This document shows, piece by piece, positions 7,820 through 18,534 of a stretch of 64,000 nucleotides of DNA (positions are counted from its first letter, which is position 1; every line of letters starts with the position of its first letter). The position numbers were made by a program, and so were the translations under genes. Below the pieces are notes generated by a model. The model did no database searches, was not told the DNA's origin, and saw only the letters and a program-made list of their open reading frames with translations. The DNA comes from a virus: IMG/VR virus record IMGVR_UViG_3300028840_002691, positions 32,001 to 96,000 of that record. The stretch is one strand, 5' to 3'.

Positions 7820-8419
7820 ATGCCGAAGAAAAAAGAAATAAAACGCCGTAAGCCAGGCACCACAATGGATCGCAGAAAAAAGAACCCAGGCCGACCGAGT
7901 TTAATTGACCTGGAGGAGTTGACCGACGAAATGAGAGCGCTGGCGAAGTTGAAAGCCAGAGGGGTGAGCGACAAGTACATTCGGGAGCGCCTCAACCTCA
8001 GCAAGTACAAGGTGACCACCTATCTGGGACACCCGCTGGTGCAGGAGAAGATCCACGAGTACGCCCAAGAGGCCCAGGAGGAGGACATTGAGCGTTTCTG
8101 CCGCAAGCACGACGAGGCCCTGGACCACCTTATGGACAGCCTTATACGGCAGGCCGATGAGGACAAAGTGTCGCCTACAACCATAAAGGGCTTCATGGAT
8201 GACAAGATAGCCAGCTTCAAGCTCAAGGACCCCGAGGAGCAAGAGACGCAGACACTGCAGATCACGGCCACAAAGAAGAGGATGATCACGGGGGACATAA
8301 CGCCGGAGGAGAGAAAGCGGCTGCTGCCAGCGGACGCGGTGATACCGGAGGACACAGACGAGCCACTGGACGCCGAGTTCGAGGAAGAAGAAGGGACAGA
8401 AGACGATGAAGGCGATTAG
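7820..8419 (+). CDS. Putative terminase small subunit
   Basis: Basic N-terminus with GRPS, an HTH-like segment, a helical middle and an acidic tail. Lies upstream of terL. Confidence 0.6.
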   Translation: MPKKKEIKRRKPGTTMDRRKKNPGRPSLIDLEELTDEMRALAKLKARGVSDKYIRERLNLSKYKVTTYLGHPLVQEKIHEYAQEAQEEDIERFCRKHDEALDHLMDSLIRQADEDKVSPTTIKGFMDDKIASFKLKDPEEQETQTLQITATKKRMITGDITPEERKRLLPADAVIPEDTDEPLDAEFEEEEGTEDDEGD

Positions 8420-8702
8420 ACTGGGCACCACGGAGCACGGAGTATTCCTAAGCCAGACAAAACGGCAGAGGGAAAAGAACCTCTTCCGCATACAGGTGAC
8501 AGAGGCAGGCACAGAACGGATAAGGGCGGTGTGGCCGGTGGAGATGCTGGTGTCTGTGTTGGTGCTGATCAGCAGGCAGCCAGGTTCACTAAAGGAAACA
8601 ATGCGGGAGATGCTGGAGGTGACCACGGAGGTGGGCTGCTGGGGGAGGATAGCCGCCATACTTCAAGATCCAGAAATCAGGCGGCTGAACTGGGATGAAT
8701 AG
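8406..8702 (+). CDS. Hypothetical protein
   Basis: ORF overlapping the upstream stop, with phage-like codon usage. Confidence 0.5.
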   Translation: MKAIRLGTTEHGVFLSQTKRQREKNLFRIQVTEAGTERIRAVWPVEMLVSVLVLISRQPGSLKETMREMLEVTTEVGCWGRIAAILQDPEIRRLNWDE

Positions 8703-8907
8703 GGAGATTAAAATAAATATAGGCTTCGGTTTGTGCCTGGCCACCATGATTAGCGGTGCGTTTACTATTCTCAATCTATGGTGGTTTGTGCCCACCTGTG
8801 TACTGGCTCTAGTTACAAGGCAGTACGTTAGGGCACAGTGTACGGGAAAGAAAAGAGAAGGGAGGAGCAGCAAAGAGGACAAAGGAAGAGGGTGTGACAT
8901 TGGATAA
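8695..8907 (+). CDS. Small membrane protein
   Basis: Two hydrophobic segments. Translationally coupled to the upstream gene. Confidence 0.45.
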   Translation: MNREIKINIGFGLCLATMISGAFTILNLWWFVPTCVLALVTRQYVRAQCTGKKREGRSSKEDKGRGCDIG

Positions 8908-9687
8908 GGCAATGGATGGGTTGGAGGAGAAGAAGGCTAAGTATCTGTTTATGGCTAACTGTGTATATCAATAGTGCTGGGCTATGTGCAGAAGTCTATT
9001 ATGTACAAGCTGAAGGAGGAGGCACTGGATAGGTATGATCCTTATCGAGATATGTAGAGAATGTTGGGGAATAAAATAAAGAGGGAGGACTAAAGAGATG
9101 ACGTTCACAATTTGGGCAGCGGCACTACTGGCTCTGCTACTTGTCGGGGTGCCGTTTGCGGTGTGGTTGGTATATGTGTTGGATGATGACAATGATCCAG
9201 GGCAGGTACACGGATTCGATTGTTGAGAATGTGCAGGGAAAAGAAAGGAGAACTGAAAGAGAGATGACACTACTGGAGTGGATAGCGGCAGGGGATGTGT
9301 TCTGGATGGCTTTCTGGCTGGGGTTTCTGCTGTAAAAGGAGAACAGATATGAGCTACGCCTGACTGAGGAAGGACAAAGAGAGAGAGAAGGCAGGCCAGA
9401 AACAGAAGGAAGAACCGCAGTGACAAAGAGGGAAGGGGGCTAAGAGATAGTGCTAACACAATAGCAGTGGTAATGATAGCAGTGTGCTGCTCTGGGGTAT
9501 TATGGGGACACGCTGATGGCCCTGTTGGTGATGATTAGGTTGGGTTTGTTGTAGTGAGTAGAAATATAAAAGGGGATAGGGTAGAAATGAACTGGGTTCT
9601 GGGTGCTGATATCTGTGGGCGGATCTGGCCATGACCCACACAGCCCAACCCCCACCCCTCAACCAGCAGGAAGAAGGGGAACCAAGA

Positions 9688-9894
9688 ATGCCGACGAACA
9701 CAGAAACAGAAGGTAAGGAGTCCAGGGTAGTGGTGGTGCCGGACATCAGGTGCTCAGAGTGCGGTGGGCAGTTGAGTTATAGTGCTGTGTTCCGCAGAGG
9801 AGTCTGGACCCTGGAGGTGGACCCCTGCCAGCGCTGTGTTCAGAAGTCTTATAAAGAAGGTCAGGTGTCGTGGGGAGCGCCCTGGAATGGATAG
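9688..9894 (+). CDS. Small zinc-ribbon protein
   Basis: CSECGG...VDPCQRC. Probable start is MPTNT after AAGGGG. Confidence 0.55.
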   Translation: MPTNTETEGKESRVVVVPDIRCSECGGQLSYSAVFRRGVWTLEVDPCQRCVQKSYKEGQVSWGAPWNG

Positions 9895-10516
9895 TCTGAG
9901 GTGTTTTGGTTGGGGGAGGCTTTGTGGTGGATCTGTGCGTTTGGTCTTGGTGTCTGTTTGCTGGTGCTGATGTGGGGAGAATGAGTGGGCACGGGGTTGG
10001 GGGGCGGGGTGTTGGAAAACTTTTGACGGTCGGCGGGCCTGGGTGGGGGAGGTTGAATTTGCAGAATTTGAATTTTTTTGCTTAAACCCCAAAAACTGAA
10101 AATATAATATAGGAATTTTTTTGACAGAAAAAGGGAGGACTCAAAAAGATGAAAACAACAGCCTCAGTATAGGGAGAGGGACTTGAGGACACGATGACTA
10201 CCTCCGAAAAACTCTACCTACTGCTCTGGTACCTGAACAGGGAACTGCGTCTCAGGGTTGCCGTATGGTGGTCTGAGTATCGGTGGGCTGTTGTGCTGGT
10301 GGTTCACTCTTTTTCTTTCTGTAGACTTTCTGCTTTTTCTCTATTCATAAACCTGCTGCCACAGAGTGGAGGTTGTGACACTATGAAAGAAGCGCTCAAA
10401 ATCATTTTATCGGTTTTCGTGTTCATCATTCTTCTGCCGCTGTGGGTGGTGGTGTGGCTGCTGTTCAGCTACGACCTCCACTGGCACCTGACTAGGGAAG
10501 GAGGGCTGTACAGGAG

Positions 10517-10795
10517 ATGACCACCTGGCAGGACCTGGTCAACGGCACCTTTGAACTGAGCGGTGGGGCGTTCATACTGATGAGCATACTCAGAGTTTTG
10601 AAGGACAAAGCGGTGCATGGCGTCAACTGGGTGCACCCGGCGTTTTTCAGCGCCTGGGGCTTCTGGAACCTCTACTACTACCCGCACCTGGGCCAGTGGC
10701 TCAGCTTCTGGGGTGGAGCTGGAGTGGTCACCGCCAACACCGTGTGGGTCATTTTGCTGATTCGGTACAGGGGGAGGGAAAATGATGAGTATTGA
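10517..10795 (+). CDS. PQ-loop/SemiSWEET-like three-TM membrane protein
   Basis: Three hydrophobic helices, KDKAVHGVNW loop, WNLYYYP. Confidence 0.55.
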   Translation: MTTWQDLVNGTFELSGGAFILMSILRVLKDKAVHGVNWVHPAFFSAWGFWNLYYYPHLGQWLSFWGGAGVVTANTVWVILLIRYRGRENDEY

Positions 10796-10973
10796 AGAAG
10801 TCCTAGAACAAATGCGCTACATAGACTGCAAATACTACCAGAGCAATTTCCGAGATTTTGATGGTTGCCCAGGTTTAGACTATGCTGGGGATGATGAGGA
10901 CTGTGGTGACTGCCCCTACAGGCTGTTCAAAGTTCAATCAGCACCAGAAAGAGGGTCTGGGCGGCTGATGTGA
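10782..10973 (+). CDS. Small Cys-containing hypothetical protein
   Basis: GGGGAGG RBS. Motifs CKYY...CPG...CGDCPY. Confidence 0.5.
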   Translation: MMSIEEVLEQMRYIDCKYYQSNFRDFDGCPGLDYAGDDEDCGDCPYRLFKVQSAPERGSGRLM

Positions 10974-11012
10974 TATTAGTGTAGTGATCTAGCAAGGATG
11001 ACGGATTAGAAA

Positions 11013-11276
11013 ATGACCCCAGAAGAGCAACAGCTCATGGAGTTCATACGGGATGTGGTCACAGAGAACATCAAGCTCCACCTGCGCGAGATCGTGAAGC
11101 TCACCATCGAAAAAGGGGCCGAGGAAATGAGCAAAGCCGTGCACGAGAACTACACCGCACACCTGGAGAACCTGCTGGGCCGATTGGAGATGCTGGAGCT
11201 GCAGGTGCGCCAGCTCCAGAGCATCATCGACCAGGAGGCAAAAGAAGAGTTCCGGAGGTACTACAAGCTGCAATGA
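11013..11276 (+). CDS. Coiled-coil hypothetical protein coupled to terL
   Basis: ATGA overlap with terL. Heptad-rich sequence. Confidence 0.65.
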   Translation: MTPEEQQLMEFIRDVVTENIKLHLREIVKLTIEKGAEEMSKAVHENYTAHLENLLGRLEMLELQVRQLQSIIDQEAKEEFRRYYKLQ

Positions 11277-12964
11277 GAGACAAACCCACAGACGAGCTAA
11301 TAGGCTTTCTAATCAGCTATATGAAGAGGCCGCCCACCGATGCCCGTGACCGCAGCGTGCTCAACTCGGCCATCGGAGCATTTTACAGCCGTGAGGTCAC
11401 CGCCGGAGAGCTGAAAGCCCTGTGGAACGCTTTCGGCGAGCACGGCATTTATCATTCTGATCTGTTGCACTTCTACATACGGGTGTTCCTGGGCTACGAC
11501 ATACCGCGCAAGAGGTTCTGCCGTCAGCACATTGCTCCCTTTACCTTCATAGAGCAGATGTTCTTTGAGCGAGTGAGGAACGCCATCGCCTTCGCCAATC
11601 GCACGGGGGGCAAGACCATCAACGTGGCCATTCTCAACCACCTGAACATGCGCTTCAAGCCGGAGTGCGAGATAGCCTCCGCGGGGGCCATTCAGGCGCA
11701 GGCCGACCGCATGTACGGGTACTTCCAGAGCTTCCACAAGGGGGAGCTGTTTGCCCCGCTGCTGGACGGCGACATGACCAAGAGTAGGAGCTTTTACCAG
11801 AACGGCTCAAAGATAGAGATCATCACGGGCAGCGTCAAGGGCCTAAACAGCCCCCATCCGCACAAGGCAATCATAGACGAGGTGGAGCTGATGGACTGGG
11901 CCGTGCTGCAGGAGGGCCTGAGCATGACTATCAGCTCCAAAGACATCATGGCGCAGCAGATCTTCTGCTCCACCCGCAAGTACGAGCTGGGCACCTTCCA
12001 GCGCTTATTAGACAAGGCCAAGAAGACCTCGGGTGAGCAGGGCTACGTCATATTCAAGTGGTGCATTTGGGAGATACTGGAGAAGTGCAGAAGGAAATGC
12101 AAAAAGGACCCGCGCTACGGCGACTGCCCCATTGAGCACGTCTGCCACGGCAGGGCGCACAAGTGTTCTGGTTTCTATGATCTTTCTGATTTCATAGATA
12201 AGGTGCTCACACTGGACAAGGACACTCTGGACGCGCAGTGGTTCAACCGTAGACCATCAAGGAGTCTGCTGGTCTACGGCGACTACTGGAACAAGGCAGT
12301 GCACTTTATACCCCGCAGGCAGATCCAGGGCACGGTGGTGAAGATCGCTTCCTTGGACTTCGGCTCCAGCCCAGGGCACGACTTCGTGTTTCAGGTGTGG
12401 GAGGTGGACGTAAGCAAACTAAAGGCCCAGCTGGAGGAGCTGGGGCCTGGAGAGATACCCACCGCCAAGCCTGTGTTCTACCTCACTTACGAGTACAGGG
12501 CCGGAGGCTCTCCGCTGGAGAACCATGCGCGGTGGATAAAGAGCTGTCCGTTTTGGGATGAGGACTTGATCATATTCGCCGACCCTTCGGCCAAGCAGCA
12601 GCGCCTGGACCTGGAGGCCACCTACGGCATCAGCACCTTTGAGGCCAACAACGCCGTGACCGCAGGCATAGACTCCGTGCGCAGCCACATGCAGATCCGT
12701 GGCGACAATGAGACCTACTTCTACATCTTCAACGACTACCTGGACAAGACCGATAAGAAGCTCAAGGGCACGCATGAGGAGTTCGCCCTTTACCGATACA
12801 AGATAACCCCAGACGGCAGGCCTGATCCCGAGAAGCCCATGCAGGTGAACGATCACGGCATGGACGCCACTCGGTACGCCATAGCCAGCGCCGTGCCCTA
12901 CTTTGTGGAGATGTTTACCCCAGTGTTTGAGGACATCGTTGAAGACGAGGAGTGGCCATTCTGA
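11273..12964 (+). CDS. terL: Terminase large subunit
   Basis: Walker A ANRTGGKT, Walker B AIIDEVE, nuclease motifs SLDFG, ADPS and [11 protein letters not shown]. Confidence 0.92.
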   Translation: MRDKPTDELIGFLISYMKRPPTDARDRSVLNSAIGAFYSREVTAGELKALWNAFGEHGIYHSDLLHFYIRVFLGYDIPRKRFCRQHIAPFTFIEQMFFERVRNAIAFANRTGGKTINVAILNHLNMRFKPECEIASAGAIQAQADRMYGYFQSFHKGELFAPLLDGDMTKSRSFYQNGSKIEIITGSVKGLNSPHPHKAIIDEVELMDWAVLQEGLSMTISSKDIMAQQIFCSTRKYELGTFQRLLDKAKKTSGEQGYVIFKWCIWEILEKCRRKCKKDPRYGDCPIEHVCHGRAHKCSGFYDLSDFIDKVLTLDKDTLDAQWFNRRPSRSLLVYGDYWNKAVHFIPRRQIQGTVVKIASLDFGSSPGHDFVFQVWEVDVSKLKAQLEELGPGEIPTAKPVFYLTYEYRAGGSPLENHARWIKSCPFWDEDLIIFADPSAKQQRLDLEATYGISTFEANNAVTAGIDSVRSHMQIRGDNETYFYIFNDYLDKTDKKLKGTHEEFALYRYKITPDGRPDPEKPMQVNDHGMDATRYAIASAVPYFVEMFTPVFEDIVEDEEWPF

Positions 12965-13563
12965 TGAATGAAGAACTGAAAGCCGAGTGCGCAGAACTGA
13001 TCCGAAAGTACCAGTGCTACAAATATGAGTCTTACAAGGTGAGGTGTAGGAATGCGTTGTTTGTAAAAATGCAGCCTTGGATGACAAAGTGGATTAAGAA
13101 AATATGTGTCTCCTGGAATAAGCGCGAAACCAATGAGGAAGTGCTCTCTTTGAGTTGGGACGCCTTCTACTACTGTCTGGAAAACTACAAATGGGGTGGC
13201 AACAACATACCTGAACACTTTTACAAGTACACTCGCTATTGGATGCTCAACCACTACGCAGTGAAAGACACCGTGAGAGTACCGTTAGAGGAATTTGAGG
13301 AAATAATGAAACTGGCCGAAGAGCCAGCAACTAGAGCTTTTTCAATCTTGGCCAAGCTGCATAGGCTAAAGTTGGCGGTTCCTGAGAAGTACAGAGTGAT
13401 GTTGGATGATGCTCTCCTTTCTTTACATAATGAATCTGTTTATTCTAATAAAGGAAAGAAGTCAAAATGCCCAGGAGTTAGGAGTTCTGCGTATTATGAA
13501 ATAAAGGAGATTTTTAAAAGCATTATAACTACTTATGTATTAGGAATAAAGAAGACAAAATAG
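12964..13563 (+). CDS. Putative phage sigma-factor-like protein (sigma70 region 2-like)
   Basis: EEVLSLSWDAFYYCLENYK...HFYKYTRYWMLNHY resembles region 2.2-2.4. Basic C-terminal helix. Confidence 0.5.
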   Translation: MNEELKAECAELIRKYQCYKYESYKVRCRNALFVKMQPWMTKWIKKICVSWNKRETNEEVLSLSWDAFYYCLENYKWGGNNIPEHFYKYTRYWMLNHYAVKDTVRVPLEEFEEIMKLAEEPATRAFSILAKLHRLKLAVPEKYRVMLDDALLSLHNESVYSNKGKKSKCPGVRSSAYYEIKEIFKSIITTYVLGIKKTK

Positions 13564-13647
13564 GTAAACAGCGTTTTTTCTTTTATATTATCAAAAGAGG
13601 GTATTTCTTTTGGTATTTTTTTGTCCTAAGAGCAGGAAATGAAATAG

Positions 13648-15240
13648 ATGCTTAAAAACATAAAGGGATCACTCAAGCTCAGGCGTGCACAGAAGCAGCT
13701 TGAGCTGAAGCAAGCCGAGTACGCCACAAAGCAGTACGAGCTGGCTATTGAGCAAATTACCGAGGCCACCAACATAGTCCAGGACGAAGACCGCATGTCT
13801 GGGTGGTTTGCCCACGGAGAGAGCGGCAACGTCGGCATGAGCGTCGAGGAGCACAGCGACATGCTCCAGAACGCCTACAGGCTCTACCACAACAATCCGC
13901 ACGCCAGGGCCGTGGTGCGCAACCTTTCCAAGTTCATTCTGGGCAAGGGGCCGAACGTCATCCCCGAGGACGACAACGAGAGCAACCGCAAGAAGGCCCA
14001 GGAAGCCTGGACAGAGTTCCGCAAACTCAACAAGTTCAACCGCAGGGAAAAGGAACTGGTCAACCGCCTGTTCAGGGACGGAGAGGTGTTTCTGCGCTGC
14101 TTTGAGGACACTGCGGAAGGTGCTGTGAAGATCCGCTTTATCAGAGCAGACCTTGTAGCCGAACCACGAGACAAGAAGAACGTTATAAAGAACGGCTCCT
14201 TTGGCATCGTCACGGACCCAGACGACATCGAGGAGGTGCTCGGCTACATACGCTGCGACCGTGAGGGCAACTACAAGGAGCGGCTGAAACCTGAGGAAGT
14301 GATCCACATAAAGATCTTCTGCGACTCCGACCAGAAGCGCGGCGTGTCGGTCTACAGGGTCTGTGCCAAGCGCCTGAAGCAGTACGAGGAGTGGCTTGAG
14401 GATCGAGTGGTGCTGAACAAGATACGCAGCGCCATAGCACTGGTCAGGCAGATAGACAGCTCCGCAGCAAAGGTCAAGGCCATAAGGGACGAGAGCCTCA
14501 GTGACCAGTACTCCACAGGCAAGCGCCGAGTGCGAACTCCGCATCGAGGCACTGTGATCACTGCCTCCAAGGGCATAGAGTACAAAATGCTCACCCCGAA
14601 CATCAACGCCAGCGACTCCGCAGATGATGGCAAGGCCATACTGCTAGCGGTGGCCGCTGCGGTAGGGTTTCCTGAGCAGATACTCACTGGAGACTACTCT
14701 AACATCAATTACAGCTCCTCGCTGGTGGCGCAGAACCCGTTCGTGCGGGAGATAGAGGACTGGCAGGACTTCCTCAGCGACTTCTACACCGATATGTATG
14801 AGCGGGTGATCAAGGCGAAAATCAAAGCAAACAAACTCCCCAACAACACCAAGGCTACATGCAAGGTCGAGTTCCCGCCGATGATACTGGCCGAGCTGGA
14901 GAAGCTGGCCAAGGCTTATGAGATAATGTTCAAGTACAAGATCATCAGCAAGAAGACCTGGCGCGGCAAACAGGGCCTGGATGATGAGGTAGAGAGCCAG
15001 AACATCGAGGATGAGGAAGGCGATGAGGTCTACGGACAGCCGCCAGCAGGACACCCGAACCAGTACCCAATGGGCAGGCCTGGACCTGGCGGGCAGTTTA
15101 ACATGCCTTTGGCACCTATGAACCAACTCGGCAAAGCAGTTGTGCAACTTTGGGAGGCGTTTAGGAGGGAGGATTGGGACAAGGTGATAGAGATAGGGGA
15201 GGAGCTGAAAGGGACTGCCAATGCGGAGACTAATGAGTGA
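13648..15240 (+). CDS. Portal protein
   Basis: Follows terL. Motifs RDGEVF, EEVIHIKI...QKRGVS, GDYSNINYSS are lambda-type portal patterns. Confidence 0.88.
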   Translation: MLKNIKGSLKLRRAQKQLELKQAEYATKQYELAIEQITEATNIVQDEDRMSGWFAHGESGNVGMSVEEHSDMLQNAYRLYHNNPHARAVVRNLSKFILGKGPNVIPEDDNESNRKKAQEAWTEFRKLNKFNRREKELVNRLFRDGEVFLRCFEDTAEGAVKIRFIRADLVAEPRDKKNVIKNGSFGIVTDPDDIEEVLGYIRCDREGNYKERLKPEEVIHIKIFCDSDQKRGVSVYRVCAKRLKQYEEWLEDRVVLNKIRSAIALVRQIDSSAAKVKAIRDESLSDQYSTGKRRVRTPHRGTVITASKGIEYKMLTPNINASDSADDGKAILLAVAAAVGFPEQILTGDYSNINYSSSLVAQNPFVREIEDWQDFLSDFYTDMYERVIKAKIKANKLPNNTKATCKVEFPPMILAELEKLAKAYEIMFKYKIISKKTWRGKQGLDDEVESQNIEDEEGDEVYGQPPAGHPNQYPMGRPGPGGQFNMPLAPMNQLGKAVVQLWEAFRREDWDKVIEIGEELKGTANAETNE

Positions 15241-15317
15241 TGAAGCGATTGAGCTTCGTGCTGATGTTGAGAAGACTGCTGAAAGCTCTTTTCTGCCTAC
15301 GGAGGGAAAGACCACCA

Positions 15318-16013
15318 ATGGCTGCTACTGAATACTGCCCAGATCCAACCTGTGCTATTGATTTTTGGGCTTCTAAGGGGATTGGTTGGTCGCATGATGC
15401 TGCGAATAATGAGTTTGATTGTGATGGATCGATGCCAGGTTTTCCACCCGGTCTGACTACAACACTGAGTGTTTATAATCTTCCGACCGATGATAGCAAT
15501 GTAAATATTGGTGGTACGTTTAGGACAGAGTTTACAGTCAGGAATTATGTTTCTGGGACTATATGGTTTGAAATAGCAGCGGAGGACGGAACTGTTCGGT
15601 CAGCCAATGGCACTTATATTGAAGACATAACAGACCCTGGTGGTAGACGCTATGGTTTTTGGGGTATTACCGGAGATGGTGATTTTGTAGGCAGTATCAC
15701 TAATATCCACATTCAACTTTACTCTGAACTGTACGGCTGTGACACGGAGTCAGATGTTGGTCGACTACGGTTGCTGACTGGGTTGTGTAGAGGCAGTGAG
15801 GTCGAACTCTTCACGAACGAGGAGCTGGAGCAGGTGCTTTCTATCAGTGATGATGATATTGATATGGCTGCTGCTGCAGTAATGGCCAGCAAGGCAGCCA
15901 GAAGGGCAGAAAGTACTTGCAGTTTGTCTTTGGGCAAGCAGGATCTTGACGTTGATAGGTGCACGTCAACAGAGCAAATGATAAAGACAAGGAAGCAGTT
16001 TTTTGATAAATGA
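15318..16013 (+). CDS. Beta-rich domain fused to a head-tail-adaptor-like domain
   Basis: The C-terminal ~95 aa are clearly similar to the protein at 30020-30421. Confidence 0.6.
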   Translation: MAATEYCPDPTCAIDFWASKGIGWSHDAANNEFDCDGSMPGFPPGLTTTLSVYNLPTDDSNVNIGGTFRTEFTVRNYVSGTIWFEIAAEDGTVRSANGTYIEDITDPGGRRYGFWGITGDGDFVGSITNIHIQLYSELYGCDTESDVGRLRLLTGLCRGSEVELFTNEELEQVLSISDDDIDMAAAAVMASKAARRAESTCSLSLGKQDLDVDRCTSTEQMIKTRKQFFDK

Positions 16014-16118
16014 ATCTGATGATTGTTGATGGGACGGAGACTTGTCTGGTGTGATACAGGGCTTTGGCTGAGCGGATGACAGGCACATATCCTAAAGTGT
16101 AAACAGAGAGGGGGAATA

Positions 16119-17447
16119 ATGAAACAACTCATACTCGCAATCGGGCTGGTGCTGGTGCTGGCGTGTTCGGCCAACTCAACAACATATTATGTTGATGAAA
16201 CACAAGCACTTGAGCAGGTTATAGCTAATCTTGTCTCTGGCGATCATGTGCTGTTTAAGCGTGGGGATAGATGGGCTGGGCAGGTTGAGGTTCCTTGCTC
16301 CAATCTTACATTCGGCTCTTATGGAGTAGGCCCAAAACCCATCATTGACGGTGAAAACAACATCAACTGGATATTCAAGATTGTTGATGTATCAGACATT
16401 ACGATTGACGGCCTTGAGTTGATGAATGTTGATAGTCCCACTCAGTCTGGAAATCTTATCTATGTGGGTGCCTTTAAGTTTACTCGGTCTTCTAACAATA
16501 TTCACCTAAAGAACCTCACTCTTCATGGCGCTAAGACCCGTGGCATCGCTCTCATGGGTTACAGTGAAACAGATTATGCTGACGGCATAGTGATTGAGAA
16601 TTGCGAGATATACGATATCGGTGATTGGGGAGATACTGCCGCTGCTGATATTTGTATCATGCACCATGTCAGGGCGGTAACGATTAGAAATTGTCTGCTC
16701 TACGGGAACGCTCTTGATAGAGGCGTAGATGGTATAACATTTGATATGACACAGGCTTCTGGGCATCTGATTGAAAACAACCATATCTGGGGCCATGAAG
16801 AAAACGAGCTGGACTTCAAGTGGGTATTTGAGGCTGGGAATGAGGGCAGGACACAGGTTGTCAACAACCATTTGAGCAACACTAAGAATACGACAATAGT
16901 TATCCACCGTGGCTCAAACGGGATTGATTTTGTTGGTAATCGGCTTTCGGGAGCCAATCTTGGCGTTGCTATTATAAACCATGACAGTCCTGCCTACGAA
17001 TACTGTGATGGTCAAGAGGGAGACATCTTGTTTGAGTGCAATATCGTCACCAACATGCTTCGCTCACCATTCTTTGACACTGGCCTGACGGCTGGTGGTA
17101 ATAGGCTTTACAACAATATCTTTGCCAACAACGGTACCCAATACAATCCTACGTCTTGGTATGTGAATATCAACTCGCCTAACTGGACTGTTCGAGGCAA
17201 TGCCTTTTACAAGAATGGTCAGGGAAGAGTGGATGCTGGCAAGATGGCTTATCAGGTATGGTGTAGAGTCGATGAGGGTTTAGTAATGTCAAATAACCTG
17301 TACTGGCACCCGAACGAACAAACTGGACAAGGTGTGATTCGTCACAGTGGCGTAAGAACTTTGGCCTGGATGCAGGACAATACACCGTTCTGCGCTGGCT
17401 CTGTTGAGGCCAATCCCGCCTTTGTTGGTTGTGTTTTAGGAGAGTGA
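16119..17447 (+). CDS. Secreted right-handed parallel beta-helix protein (pectate-lyase-like fold)
   Basis: Signal peptide MKQLILAIGLVLVLACSANS, TTYYVD, GDHVLFKRGD, YGVGPKPII, repeated IENCEIYD/IENNHIW rungs. Confidence 0.8.
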   Translation: MKQLILAIGLVLVLACSANSTTYYVDETQALEQVIANLVSGDHVLFKRGDRWAGQVEVPCSNLTFGSYGVGPKPIIDGENNINWIFKIVDVSDITIDGLELMNVDSPTQSGNLIYVGAFKFTRSSNNIHLKNLTLHGAKTRGIALMGYSETDYADGIVIENCEIYDIGDWGDTAAADICIMHHVRAVTIRNCLLYGNALDRGVDGITFDMTQASGHLIENNHIWGHEENELDFKWVFEAGNEGRTQVVNNHLSNTKNTTIVIHRGSNGIDFVGNRLSGANLGVAIINHDSPAYEYCDGQEGDILFECNIVTNMLRSPFFDTGLTAGGNRLYNNIFANNGTQYNPTSWYVNINSPNWTVRGNAFYKNGQGRVDAGKMAYQVWCRVDEGLVMSNNLYWHPNEQTGQGVIRHSGVRTLAWMQDNTPFCAGSVEANPAFVGCVLGE

Positions 17448-17449
17448 AC

Positions 17450-18508
17450 ATGCTAAAGAAACTCGGTTTGATCTTACTATTGCTGCTCTTGCCAGCTTTT
17501 TGCTCTGCTGCTGATAAAACTGTTGGATCGGCTGGTGCGGACTACACACAGGTTGGAACGGCCCTTACGAGTCATGCTTTTATGCCTGGGGATACAATTA
17601 CGCTTATTACAGACGTAACTGAGGCGAATAAGTGTCTTTGGGGAAATATGGACGACGGGGCAGCCGGGGTCTACGTTACTCTCGATCTAAATAGTTACAC
17701 TTGGGACATGACGGCAGCCGATGATTATATACTGGGACTGGCTGCTACAACCTACACAAGGATAAAAGGGCCTGGAACAGTTAAAACCACTGCCTCCACG
17801 AATGGCGCAATAGAAATAAGTGGGGGTAATAACATTATTATTGAAAACTGCACGATAGAGTACGTTGCTGGTGACTGGAGCGATTCCGGCATTAGGCTTC
17901 GGGCTTCTGCCGATACAACCACTATACAAAGAGTAATCTTTACTAGCCTGACTGCGGATAGTGGTGTTGGGGTGTTTGTAAGAGATGACTCAAACAATAC
18001 CACAGTTAAGTATTGTCTTTTCAATAATTGCTCCAGGGGTGTTTATTTCTACGACGTTGACGGAGTGAATCCCCCAACCGGTTTGTTTCTTTACAACAAT
18101 ACACTTTACGATTATGATTTGGCTGGTCTTTGGATAGACGCCAACACGGATGCGTCTGAGGTTACTGCTCGGAATAATATTTTTTACGGCGACGGCTCCT
18201 GTAACGGCGTTGATGATGATGGAGCAAATGAAGCTGATCTCAACTACAATTGCTACTACAACAACGCGACTGATGTGGCTGGATCAAGCTCGGTTGGCGG
18301 AAACGGTTTAGCGAACACCGATCCACTTATGGTTGATCCCGCAAACGGCAACTACCGCTTGCAGGCGTTGTCACCGTGCAGGGATAATGGTGACGCCACG
18401 CTAGGTTTAACCAGCGACATCACAGGCCGACTTGTGCCACTAGGCTCTGCTCCAGACATAGGAGCGTATGAGTACATGAAGCCGAGATGGTGGAGGTTCT
18501 GGAGATAA
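17450..18508 (+). CDS. Secreted beta-helix protein with choice-of-anchor-Q-like C-terminus
   Basis: Signal peptide, NNTLY/RNNIF rungs, DPLMVDPANGNYRLQALSPCRDNG...PDIGAYE. Confidence 0.8.
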   Translation: MLKKLGLILLLLLLPAFCSAADKTVGSAGADYTQVGTALTSHAFMPGDTITLITDVTEANKCLWGNMDDGAAGVYVTLDLNSYTWDMTAADDYILGLAATTYTRIKGPGTVKTTASTNGAIEISGGNNIIIENCTIEYVAGDWSDSGIRLRASADTTTIQRVIFTSLTADSGVGVFVRDDSNNTTVKYCLFNNCSRGVYFYDVDGVNPPTGLFLYNNTLYDYDLAGLWIDANTDASEVTARNNIFYGDGSCNGVDDDGANEADLNYNCYYNNATDVAGSSSVGGNGLANTDPLMVDPANGNYRLQALSPCRDNGDATLGLTSDITGRLVPLGSAPDIGAYEYMKPRWWRFWR

Positions 18509-18534
18509 ATGAATGCAAATAGGAGAACATAATC

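Noticed and set aside
7441-7841. Poly-RP, TK/TQ and VLVW ORFs in the ORF track
   Set aside because: They are shadow frames of the hexamer repeat. The coupled frame 7612-7767 is more plausible.
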